A stretch of DNA of 62,136 nucleotides from a virus (Duplodnaviria; Caudoviricetes). Location: the IMG/VR virus record IMGVR_UViG_3300021197_001167, positions 1 through 62,136 of that record; one strand, 5' to 3'. Made by a program: the position numbers and the translations under genes. The notes under the pieces were generated by a model. It saw nothing but the letters and a program-made list of their open reading frames with translations. It searched no databases and had not been told where the DNA came from. Of the stretch, positions 9,724 to 17,993 are shown piece after piece; the stretch's first letter is position 1, and each line of letters starts with the position of its first letter.

Positions 9724-9987
9724 ATGAGTAAGCAATATCGAAAGTTCGCAGTTGAAAGAGCAGTTGAAGGATGGGAGGACAGCGCAGACTGGTTCAGCGC
9801 AGACGCATTATTGCCAAGAGCAATAGAAGCACTTCCCCAATCACACATGCACATGAATGTCTATGCAGTAGCAAAGGCTCTGCGCATACTTGAAGGTAAA
9901 GGCGCACTTGAAGGTCGCAAAAAGGGCGGTATCAAAGAATACAGACGAGCAGGTGTTTGGGATGGGCGTTCTCATTTTCACGCATGA
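9724..9987 (+). CDS. Winged-helix DNA-binding protein
   Basis: AVAKALRILEGKGALEGRKKGGIKEYR resembles an ArsR/MarR-like recognition helix and wing. Confidence 0.6.
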   Translation: MSKQYRKFAVERAVEGWEDSADWFSADALLPRAIEALPQSHMHMNVYAVAKALRILEGKGALEGRKKGGIKEYRRAGVWDGRSHFHA

Positions 9988-10621
9988 TGCGCAGAAATAT
10001 CGAACCGGAGACTTTGTCGAAGGCGGTTATGTTTCATGCGACCCTCAAGTAGAGGGTTTGACGGTTATTGTTCACAAGCGATACCCGACAGCGAAAGAGT
10101 GCGTTGCTTGGTTGCCACACATTGCGCACAGAATGGTTTGGGTTTGCGAAAAACCACCTAAAATGAAAAAGAATGATTCAATAATCATCGACGGTGTTTT
10201 CAAAAAGCAAGACTACACACGGAACATCGACGCAACAATGCGTTGGTCGAACAGAACAAAGTCATTTTCCGAATGCGCAAATGTTCCTGTTCCGTTGATG
10301 TTATCATTCTTGCGAGAAAACAACAAGGATATTACACTTTGGCGCACACTGGCTAAAGCGTTCACTAATGTTCCCGAAGACTTTCAACAAGCCCTAATCA
10401 ACTTCTCGCATAAACCTGTGCGCAGAATGGCATGGCCTAAGAAAAAGAAATCGGATGGTGTTTTAGAATACCCTCTCGGAATCCGTGAGAGTGATGAGCA
10501 TTGGGAAAGTATTGTTCGTTTGAATCAAGAGATTGCGAATGATTTGCGCAGAACAAGTAAAGCGTCTTTACCGAAAGGATTACCGAAGCGTGTTCAAAGT
10601 AAATTGGATGGATGGCTCTAA
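9962..10621 (+). CDS. PIP-box protein, possible degenerate clamp-loader large subunit
   Basis: Ends in QSKLDGWL (PIP-box-like); lies in the replication module. Confidence 0.5.
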   Translation: MGVLIFTHDAQKYRTGDFVEGGYVSCDPQVEGLTVIVHKRYPTAKECVAWLPHIAHRMVWVCEKPPKMKKNDSIIIDGVFKKQDYTRNIDATMRWSNRTKSFSECANVPVPLMLSFLRENNKDITLWRTLAKAFTNVPEDFQQALINFSHKPVRRMAWPKKKKSDGVLEYPLGIRESDEHWESIVRLNQEIANDLRRTSKASLPKGLPKRVQSKLDGWL

Positions 10622-10778
10622 TGACCGAAGGAGGATTCTTTTTTTGGTTTTTCGCCGTTTGGTTCACTATTTCATGGGTTAATTTTGTAAGACTCCCGTT
10701 GCGAATGCGCAGAAAGGGAATGGGTGTCGAGCAAAGTAGAGAGTCGGATGAGATGCCTGCTTCTGCAAACATGGCAAT

Positions 10779-11240
10779 GTGGCAGACGATGGGCGATTAG
10801 TAGTGCGTCTTTTATACCTTCTCGTCGGACAAACAAATGTGGCGAAGAATAACTCCCGAATGCGCAGAACGATAGTGCGCATCCTCTATGAAGGCGGAGA
10901 GATGACTCGCTCTCAAGTCTCATCGGAATTACACCGCTTAGGATTGTTCCGTGAAGTGCCGAGTGAATCAAGTCTCGCCGCACTAATTAGTAAGAATGCG
11001 CAAGTTGTCAGCGTCGGTCAAGCAAAAATCGAGTTAAGCAACGGTTTAACTGTGCGCAATATGGTTTTCGATGTTGATAGAGATTTAATCCAAGAAGAAG
11101 AGGATATTGAATTGACGATGCCTTACTCGTCAATGACTACTGCGCTCAAAGAACAAGCAGTGCGTTGCCCTTCATGCAAGCAAATGCGATACATGCCGGA
11201 TATGGATATTTGCAGGGTTTGTGAGCGTCGAGGGGTTTAA
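10779..11240 (+). CDS. wHTH plus Zn-ribbon protein (probable GTG start at 10839)
   Basis: IVRILYEGGEMTRSQV HTH-like segment; CPSC...CRVC; TTTTATA about 29 nt before GTG 10839. Confidence 0.65.
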   Translation: MADDGRLVVRLLYLLVGQTNVAKNNSRMRRTIVRILYEGGEMTRSQVSSELHRLGLFREVPSESSLAALISKNAQVVSVGQAKIELSNGLTVRNMVFDVDRDLIQEEEDIELTMPYSSMTTALKEQAVRCPSCKQMRYMPDMDICRVCERRGV

Positions 11241-11265
11241 GAGGACATAACCTTTCCTTTCAAAC

Positions 11266-11526
11266 ATGGGGAAACAAAAGAGCCTATTGCATAAGTCCAG
11301 TAGAGACTATGACTCATCGAATCCGACATACGCCTGTGGCGCACCTGTCGAACATAACCCAAACCTTACTGATGCGCAGGCTATGGCTCTTGATAGATGC
11401 CCGAACTGTTTCCCTAATGGTTTCAAGGTCGGTGCTTCACGCACCTTCGTTGAAGAAAAGCCAACCAAAAAATCGAAGGTTGTCGATGGGTTGCGTGCGA
11501 GAGGCATAGGCGGTGCATGGCTATGA
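11266..11526 (+). CDS. Small Zn-binding protein
   Basis: H...CG...CPNC motif; TTTAAG 30 nt upstream. Confidence 0.65.
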   Translation: MGKQKSLLHKSSRDYDSSNPTYACGAPVEHNPNLTDAQAMALDRCPNCFPNGFKVGASRTFVEEKPTKKSKVVDGLRARGIGGAWL

Positions 11527-12128
11527 CATTCATTATCGGAATCGCAGGGCGTATGCGCACTGGCAAATCGAGCCTCGCAGAATACTTTGAGCATTACCTT
11601 GAGCAGACACATACAACAATGACATTCTCATTTGCAGAAGCAGTCCGTCAAGAAGTGGCAGAGGCTCTTTGGCCGAAGTCCGGTTCTGCCGAAGCGAGAT
11701 ACCTTTTGGGTTTGAAAGAATCCGAACACAAAGAATCAGTGCGCCCACTGCTACAAGCATTGGGTCAAGCGAAGCGTCAAATGGTTAATGTGGATTATTG
11801 GGTCGATGCGGTGTATGATTCTATCAATCGTCAAGGTGAAACGGCAATCGCAATCATAGATGATGTGCGCCATCATAACGAGGCAGACTTCTGCATCGAA
11901 CATGGCATACTCATCCGACTGCGTGCGCCCGAAAGCACATTGATTGAGAGAGGTGCAAATCCCGAAAGGCTTGCGCACTACTCCGAGAATGCTATGCGCA
12001 CACCGTCGAAGGGAGAGTTGAAAAACCCACATAGGGTTTTGACTCTCGATACTGCGGGTCTTTCACCAAAGGGCATGTTCAAAGCATTGCGCCCTTTCAT
12101 TGATGAATTAGTGGAGGAATGCGAATGA
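11517..12128 (+). CDS. Deoxynucleoside monophosphate kinase
   Basis: IIGIAGRMRTGKSS P-loop, SFAEAVR, RPLLQALG, YWV and IIDDVRHHNEA, as in T4 gp1-type dNMP kinases. Confidence 0.85.
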   Translation: MAMTFIIGIAGRMRTGKSSLAEYFEHYLEQTHTTMTFSFAEAVRQEVAEALWPKSGSAEARYLLGLKESEHKESVRPLLQALGQAKRQMVNVDYWVDAVYDSINRQGETAIAIIDDVRHHNEADFCIEHGILIRLRAPESTLIERGANPERLAHYSENAMRTPSKGELKNPHRVLTLDTAGLSPKGMFKALRPFIDELVEECE

Positions 12129-12373
12129 GCGCAAACGATATTGCAGAAGAATGCGGGTATAACTCCGCAGTGGACTTAGTTATGGACTCATTGACCGATG
12201 AGCAAATGAAAGACATGTTGCGTGAATACCTTGCGGAATGCGAGCATTTGTATGATTTGGTTTTTGAAATTGCAACCGACCAACATGAATATGTTGATTG
12301 GGAACAGGTCAAGGCAGACGCAGACGATGCGGCGTATCAAGCATACCGAGACAGAGAGTGTGATGATGAATGA
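12119..12373 (+). CDS. Hypothetical acidic protein
   Basis: GGAGG RBS; coupled ORF. Confidence 0.6.
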   Translation: MRMSANDIAEECGYNSAVDLVMDSLTDEQMKDMLREYLAECEHLYDLVFEIATDQHEYVDWEQVKADADDAAYQAYRDRECDDE

Positions 12374-12554
12374 TTAAGCGATTTGTTCGTTGGTTTCTGC
12401 GCAGAAATGGAGTGAACCTCTGCCATTTATGCGACACAATTACTGAAAATCTACTCAACGATAGGCTCACTTGCTACGGTTGCGAGCATGAAGTCATGGG
12501 TTATGAGCATGAACATCATGCCCGAATGTGGCAGTTATACGGAGATGATTACTG

Positions 12555-13451
12555 ATGAGCAGTATTTGGTGGGAAAAACACAGACCAATGGTTCTGCGCC
12601 AGTTCGTCGGACAGAGTCATTTGATTCCGGAGTTCGAGAATATCATTGACAAGAGACAACCTATGCAACATTACATTTTTAGTTCACCCGAAGCGGGAAC
12701 TGGTAAAACCACACTTGCGTATATTCTTGCGCAGAGTCTTGGTTATCAAATCCACCACTACAATGCGTCATCTAAGAGAACAAGAGGTATTGAGTTCATT
12801 GAAGACGAGTTAATTCCTCTTGCGCAAAGTGGTTTGGGCGAAGTCATTATTCTTCTCGATGAAGCAGACCAACTTACCCTTGCGGCGCAGAGCGCACTAA
12901 AGGGAGTTATCGAAGGTTCTTCTTGCTACTTTATTTTGACATGCAATGACCTTAGCAAAATATCCCGTTGGTTGCAGAGCCGTTGCTCGGTTCGACATTT
13001 CAAAGCACATACTGTTGAGAGCGCATTAAAAACAATGCGTGATATTCTTAAGTCGGAATCAATGTCACTTGAAGACGACGACATAACTAATCTCGCAAGA
13101 ATACATGAAGGTGATTTGCGCAATACAATAGGCGCATTACAGACTCTATGCTATCTCGATGAAGAAGAAGGAAAAAAGTTCCTCCTTGAAATGGGAGAAG
13201 GTTTTGATGCTCGCCGTTATCTACGCCTTGCGGCAACCGAAAGGTCTGTTGCAGACGCAGTAAAGTTGAGTGGCAACATGAATATGCGTAGCGTAGTGCG
13301 CAGGGTTTTCGATTACGCAACAAACAGTCCAGCCGATGCAAAAATGATTGCAAAGGTCGTTGAATGCGCAATAATTAGTGAGCGTGACATTGTCATGGGA
13401 GTTGATGAAAGCGTTGTTCGGTGGGATTTTGCGAGGATGCTCTCTGTATGA
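12555..13451 (+). CDS. rfcS: Replication factor C small subunit (clamp loader)
   Basis: WWEKHRP, GTGKTT, NAS, LLDEAD, LQSRC and GDLR correspond to the RFC boxes. Confidence 0.92.
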   Translation: MSSIWWEKHRPMVLRQFVGQSHLIPEFENIIDKRQPMQHYIFSSPEAGTGKTTLAYILAQSLGYQIHHYNASSKRTRGIEFIEDELIPLAQSGLGEVIILLDEADQLTLAAQSALKGVIEGSSCYFILTCNDLSKISRWLQSRCSVRHFKAHTVESALKTMRDILKSESMSLEDDDITNLARIHEGDLRNTIGALQTLCYLDEEEGKKFLLEMGEGFDARRYLRLAATERSVADAVKLSGNMNMRSVVRRVFDYATNSPADAKMIAKVVECAIISERDIVMGVDESVVRWDFARMLSV

Positions 13452-13509
13452 ACGGGGGGTTTATATGGATAACAGGTATAGGACATATTACACAGGAAAA
13501 GTGAAGAAC

Positions 13510-14751
13510 ATGGTTGATGAAAAAATTATCGAAAGAGTAGCAAAGAATGTCGGATGCACCACAGAGGCTCTGCTTGCAAAGCATGAGAGCGTCTTGAATG
13601 CGAACAAAGCAAACCTTCAAGCGAATGGTTTGTCCGACGAAGACATACAAATGAAGACCCTAAGAATGGCCTCCGCAGAACTACGAGTTGTGACAGCACG
13701 ACTTGCTCGAAGCGGTTGCGAGAACATTGAAGGAATGTTCATCAGTGTGCCACGCACAAAGGATATTGCGGCACGCCAATATGAGAACATGAAGACTAAT
13801 CTCATGGGTCTTGATGAAGAGGCACGCACAGCACTTGTTGCTCAAGGTGTCTGCGCATTATTCTTGAACGATGATGTGAACGGCGGCTATCGCTATGTGC
13901 ATAACCCATCTCTTGAAGGCAAACAATCGTTTGATATTTCTTCTGCCGAAAAGCATGTGACAGAACTGCCAAAGGCGGCGAAGGACATTAACGATGGCAC
14001 AGGCTACTTCGTTTTGATTGCCGACAAGTCTTCTCCAACATGGCCTTCGGGCAGTCCAAATTACCGCTACGGTCGATACCGAGCGCAAAGCGAACCTATG
14101 CGTGACTGCGTGTTCTTAGGCAACAGCGCAGACAACAAAACAATTCGACCTATCAAGGTTCGATTCAACGGTGAAGACGCAATGGCAATTCACCCAACAT
14201 TCGTCACTGGCAGATTGCCGGTCAAGTTGGGTCGAAACGGCGACATTGGCTACACTAAGTCAAAGGTTTCTGTTTTCAGCGCAGATGACTCATTGGTTTC
14301 AATGTTTGACAGTGCGCCTTTCGATGAAGAAGGCAACGGTCTTTTGAAAGACCTCGCAAATGTCACTCCGCTTACTGGTCTTGCAGACCTTGAAGGTTGG
14401 CTCAAAGGACTATCCGACAAAGAAAAGTGGGATGCTCTCTGCGCAATGCCTCTTGAAGTTGCACACATTGACCCAAGAGAGAAGGGTGGCTACATCATTA
14501 CTCTCGCAGACCTTGACATTACATCTCCTATCCCTCCGATTGACCTATGGGTATCGAAGGAAGAAGAATCAAAGGTTGATTTTGCAGTCGGCTCTATTGT
14601 CATCGCTTGCGGTGGCGGTTGGATTGGCAAAGACGACGGAATGCCTCGCATGAGCGTAAGCGGTTGGTGGGTCATGGACTCCGTCGAAGGACTCGGCGTA
14701 GATGACGCAGATGAAATCGAAGAAGCAGTCGAAGACTCTATGGGATGGTGA
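13510..14751 (+). CDS. Putative ssDNA-binding protein (RPA-like OB folds)
   Basis: RPA-like N-terminal helix pattern, beta-rich body, acidic tail (DDADEIEEAVEDSMGW); own TATA box at 13460. Confidence 0.55.
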   Translation: MVDEKIIERVAKNVGCTTEALLAKHESVLNANKANLQANGLSDEDIQMKTLRMASAELRVVTARLARSGCENIEGMFISVPRTKDIAARQYENMKTNLMGLDEEARTALVAQGVCALFLNDDVNGGYRYVHNPSLEGKQSFDISSAEKHVTELPKAAKDINDGTGYFVLIADKSSPTWPSGSPNYRYGRYRAQSEPMRDCVFLGNSADNKTIRPIKVRFNGEDAMAIHPTFVTGRLPVKLGRNGDIGYTKSKVSVFSADDSLVSMFDSAPFDEEGNGLLKDLANVTPLTGLADLEGWLKGLSDKEKWDALCAMPLEVAHIDPREKGGYIITLADLDITSPIPPIDLWVSKEEESKVDFAVGSIVIACGGGWIGKDDGMPRMSVSGWWVMDSVEGLGVDDADEIEEAVEDSMGW

Positions 14752-14757
14752 TTTTGA

Positions 14758-15720
14758 GTGGCAAACGCATGGGCAAACGCAAAGAAAGGCGCAAGTAAAA
14801 AGGAATCGCAGGCAGACAAGCCTCCTATGCGTGACATGAAAGCGCACTATGAGCAATTGTTTGCGCAGAAGCGTTCTCGCACTCAAACTGTGCGCATGGC
14901 ACTCGTCGGTAAAGAAAATACCGCTAAGACTGGCACTGCTGTATCTCTTGCTCGCCAACACATCGGCGCAGACAAGCAAATCATCATTTTCGATGTTGAT
15001 AACAGCGCAGTCCAAACCATTGCGGCCAACTATCCCGACGATGAGAATATCCTCGTCATTCCTCTCTATGATGAACTGGATGATACAATTTTCAACGAGG
15101 ACAATTCGACCAACTACACGGCTCTTGTCGATAAAATGGGTCATTTCATTAACATTGTTGCGCAGAAGTGCAGGGATGGCGATGTGGGCGCAGTGATTAT
15201 GGATGGCATGTCTTCATTCTTGAAGTGGTGCGAGTTCGCAATGACTGATGTTCTTATGAATCGCAGTAAAAACCCTGTCAATGTCGAAGACGGAGACAAG
15301 TTCAATCAAGCCGAATGGCGCATACGCAACAAATTGTTCCGTGATATTGCTAATCGAGCGCATCAACTGCCTGTCGATGCAGTATTTTTCACATTTCACT
15401 TGAAAGACAAGAAGCAATTCGCAGATGTTGGCAACGGCCAAAAGGGATTGATGAAAATTGGCGAAGAACCCGAATGGGAAAAAGGCACTATGCGCCTCTT
15501 TTCACAGCAACTTTGGATGACTCGATACACCAAGAAGGGCGACCTCGCCGCAGGCGTTAAGGCAGATAAGAGCCTTGATGAAGGCTCATGGGAGATTAGA
15601 GCATCAATCGAAGAAATGAAGGGCTTCAATCAAGAGCATTTAGGCTCTACGCACACTGTCTTAAGTGTCAAGAGTGGTGAAGTCACATGGACTGGATTAC
15701 CTTTCTTGGCATGGGGTTAA
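14758..15720 (+). CDS. RecA-fold ATPase (Sak4/AAA_24-like recombinase)
   Basis: ALVGKENTAKT (Walker A), IFDVD, VIMDGMS (Walker B), FTFH; adjacent to the SSB-like gene. Confidence 0.75.
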   Translation: MANAWANAKKGASKKESQADKPPMRDMKAHYEQLFAQKRSRTQTVRMALVGKENTAKTGTAVSLARQHIGADKQIIIFDVDNSAVQTIAANYPDDENILVIPLYDELDDTIFNEDNSTNYTALVDKMGHFINIVAQKCRDGDVGAVIMDGMSSFLKWCEFAMTDVLMNRSKNPVNVEDGDKFNQAEWRIRNKLFRDIANRAHQLPVDAVFFTFHLKDKKQFADVGNGQKGLMKIGEEPEWEKGTMRLFSQQLWMTRYTKKGDLAAGVKADKSLDEGSWEIRASIEEMKGFNQEHLGSTHTVLSVKSGEVTWTGLPFLAWG

Positions 15721-16001
15721 AATGCCTGTTAAACGGGTCAAGCAAGTATTGATGCAAGGGCGTTCCTCTCGCATACACTACGCAATTGATTGCACACCGG
15801 ATGGCACATTCTCTTATGTTCTATGCAGAGGTTTCCCCTCTGTCGGCAAACATGAACCGATTCATCCCGACATTGATACAGAAGGCGCACTAAAATGTGC
15901 GCAGTGTCAAAGGGTGTTCGATAAAATGCTAAGACAAAGACCCGAAGCCTTTGAGATTGAATGACGATGGGTTTATATTGACTACTGGATAAGGAATATA
16001 T

Positions 16002-16841
16002 ATGTCGGGAACATTGACTATCGAGGCTAAAGAACTAAAAACGCTTCTCAAGCGCACGCAGAGAAACGCAACAATCAACGGAAAGGTTATTCCGCAGGTT
16101 GAGGGAACAACAATAGAGGTATCTAATGGGGTTGCGCAGACTTGCAACATTGTTCGGGATGGCATAACGAGTATTTCGCTGTTCACTACGGAGTGCGCAG
16201 AGGGCGAACCTTCTACAATTGTTGTCGCAAACATCTCTTTGATGCTTGGCGCACTATCCAAACACAAGGGCGCAGTGCGCTTGACTCAAGAGGATGGTAA
16301 AATAAAAATCGTTTCTGCCGCAAAACAAACAACTCTAATCAGTAGCAAGGATGCTAAGGCTTTTACGCACACTAAAAAGACTGTGAAGGAATGGTCTAAG
16401 GAGAGCAAAGAGCGTTTCATTGGCGCAATAATGAAGAACGAAGGTAAATACACTGCATCCACTGGCGATATTATCGAACCTTACAACGACTTAACAGTAA
16501 ATGTGGAGACCATACTTGACGCAATGGATAGCGGTTCTATGAACGGACAAAAGGTATCTCAATACAAGTTCTCTTGTGAAAAAGACGGCATTCTTTGGTT
16601 GAGCGCAGGTGATGAAATCAAAGGGCGCACAAGGACAGCCCTATGTCACACGCCAAAACAATTTATAACAGTTATCGGAGGCAGTCTTGAAAATGTTCTG
16701 CGCACTATGACTGGCGCAGTAAAATTACAATTCTTCGATTTAACCCCTTTGGGTGGAGGTATTTCACTACTTATCTCTCAAGGAGGGCTACTCGACACAG
16801 TCATATTTCAACGGGAGGTTGCGAAACCCGATGCCGATTGA
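16002..16841 (+). CDS. Putative sliding clamp (divergent PCNA)
   Basis: 279 aa; LTIEAKELKTLLK start with repeating beta-alpha-beta pattern; lies between RFC and PolB; TTTATA 30 nt upstream. Confidence 0.55.
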   Translation: MSGTLTIEAKELKTLLKRTQRNATINGKVIPQVEGTTIEVSNGVAQTCNIVRDGITSISLFTTECAEGEPSTIVVANISLMLGALSKHKGAVRLTQEDGKIKIVSAAKQTTLISSKDAKAFTHTKKTVKEWSKESKERFIGAIMKNEGKYTASTGDIIEPYNDLTVNVETILDAMDSGSMNGQKVSQYKFSCEKDGILWLSAGDEIKGRTRTALCHTPKQFITVIGGSLENVLRTMTGAVKLQFFDLTPLGGGISLLISQGGLLDTVIFQREVAKPDAD

Positions 16842-17196
16842 TATTGCCAAACACATGAGGGATAACACCAACTTCGCAAGAACTCTGCGCAGTAGAACTT
16901 TTGAGAAGTTCACGCAAGAGCAAGTTGAAGAAGTGTTGTCGCACATGGGAGAGGTAATGTCACTGCATAAAATACACCGCAAAGTGGCAGTTATGGGAGT
17001 TGTTTTGTTTCACATGGAGGTTGAACAAGTCTTGCATGGCGGTCAAATAACGGACAAGGTGAATGAAATAATGATTCCCCAAAACGCACTGCACCCTTCA
17101 AGTGTGGGTCATATTCTTAAGTTAATAGAAAGGTGGGGATATATCGAAAGGATATTCATACCGAACCAAAATTATCAATACAGGAGAGTAAAATAA
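16831..17196 (+). CDS. Winged-helix protein
   Basis: LHPSSVGHILKLIERWGYIER wHTH pattern; GGAGG RBS. Confidence 0.6.
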   Translation: MPIDIAKHMRDNTNFARTLRSRTFEKFTQEQVEEVLSHMGEVMSLHKIHRKVAVMGVVLFHMEVEQVLHGGQITDKVNEIMIPQNALHPSSVGHILKLIERWGYIERIFIPNQNYQYRRVK

Positions 17197-17502
17197 ATGA
17201 AATTAAGTTTTAAATGCAATGAATGTGAATCGGAACTAAAAGTCGGAGTCAATAATGATTCTGCGCAGAATGTCGTTTGTCTTGAGTGCGGAGAACAGCA
17301 CCGAGTAGTCGTCAGTGTGCAGAATACTGTTTCTTCGCATAATACATACCGCAAAGAATCATGGCTTGCGAATGAATACGCCGGAAAAGGGCGCAGTATG
17401 GCTTCTATCGCCAAACAGTGCGCAGTATCACCGATGACGATTTACAAGTGGCTTAACACACACGGAATAGCAACAAGACCGACTGGCCGACGCAAAGACT
17501 GA
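17197..17502 (+). CDS. Zn-ribbon plus HTH protein
   Basis: CNEC...CLEC; SMASIAKQCAVSPMTIYKWL HTH. Confidence 0.75.
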   Translation: MKLSFKCNECESELKVGVNNDSAQNVVCLECGEQHRVVVSVQNTVSSHNTYRKESWLANEYAGKGRSMASIAKQCAVSPMTIYKWLNTHGIATRPTGRRKD

Positions 17503-17507
17503 TTGGC

Positions 17508-17993
17508 ATGTTATCCGATATGCGCATTTCATTTGCCTTTTCACACACAGAATTAGAAGGTGATTGGGGCAGTCCTTTGCAATGCGCAAGTGACAAGGGC
17601 TATCCTCATATTTTCGATGAAATGATTTATTGGGTTCTTTGGGTCGGTGAAGAAGCAATTGCATATACTGGCTCTTTGCGCATAGGGGATTTTGCGTTTG
17701 TTGGCAATACCTATGTGCGCAAGGAATGGCGAAGCAGGGGTTTGCATAAGCATCTCTTGAATGAGCGCAACAAATCCGATTTACTGCGCAACATTCCTAA
17801 AGTCACAATCATTAACCCAATCGAAGGCATAACTTCTACTCGTCTTGAGTCGGTTGTTCTTTCTCTTGGCTACACTAAGGTTGAGTCTTTTGATGATGTA
17901 GAGGACATTATGCACCAATGGGTTTATGAGGACATTGCTCATCATAACATTTGGAGGCTTAACAGTGATAGTAGAAAGAACGAAGAAGAATAG
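17508..17993 (+). CDS. GNAT-family acetyltransferase
   Basis: YVRKEWRSRGLHKHLL acetyl-CoA-binding motif A; LGYTKV C-terminal motif. Confidence 0.75.
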   Translation: MLSDMRISFAFSHTELEGDWGSPLQCASDKGYPHIFDEMIYWVLWVGEEAIAYTGSLRIGDFAFVGNTYVRKEWRSRGLHKHLLNERNKSDLLRNIPKVTIINPIEGITSTRLESVVLSLGYTKVESFDDVEDIMHQWVYEDIAHHNIWRLNSDSRKNEEE

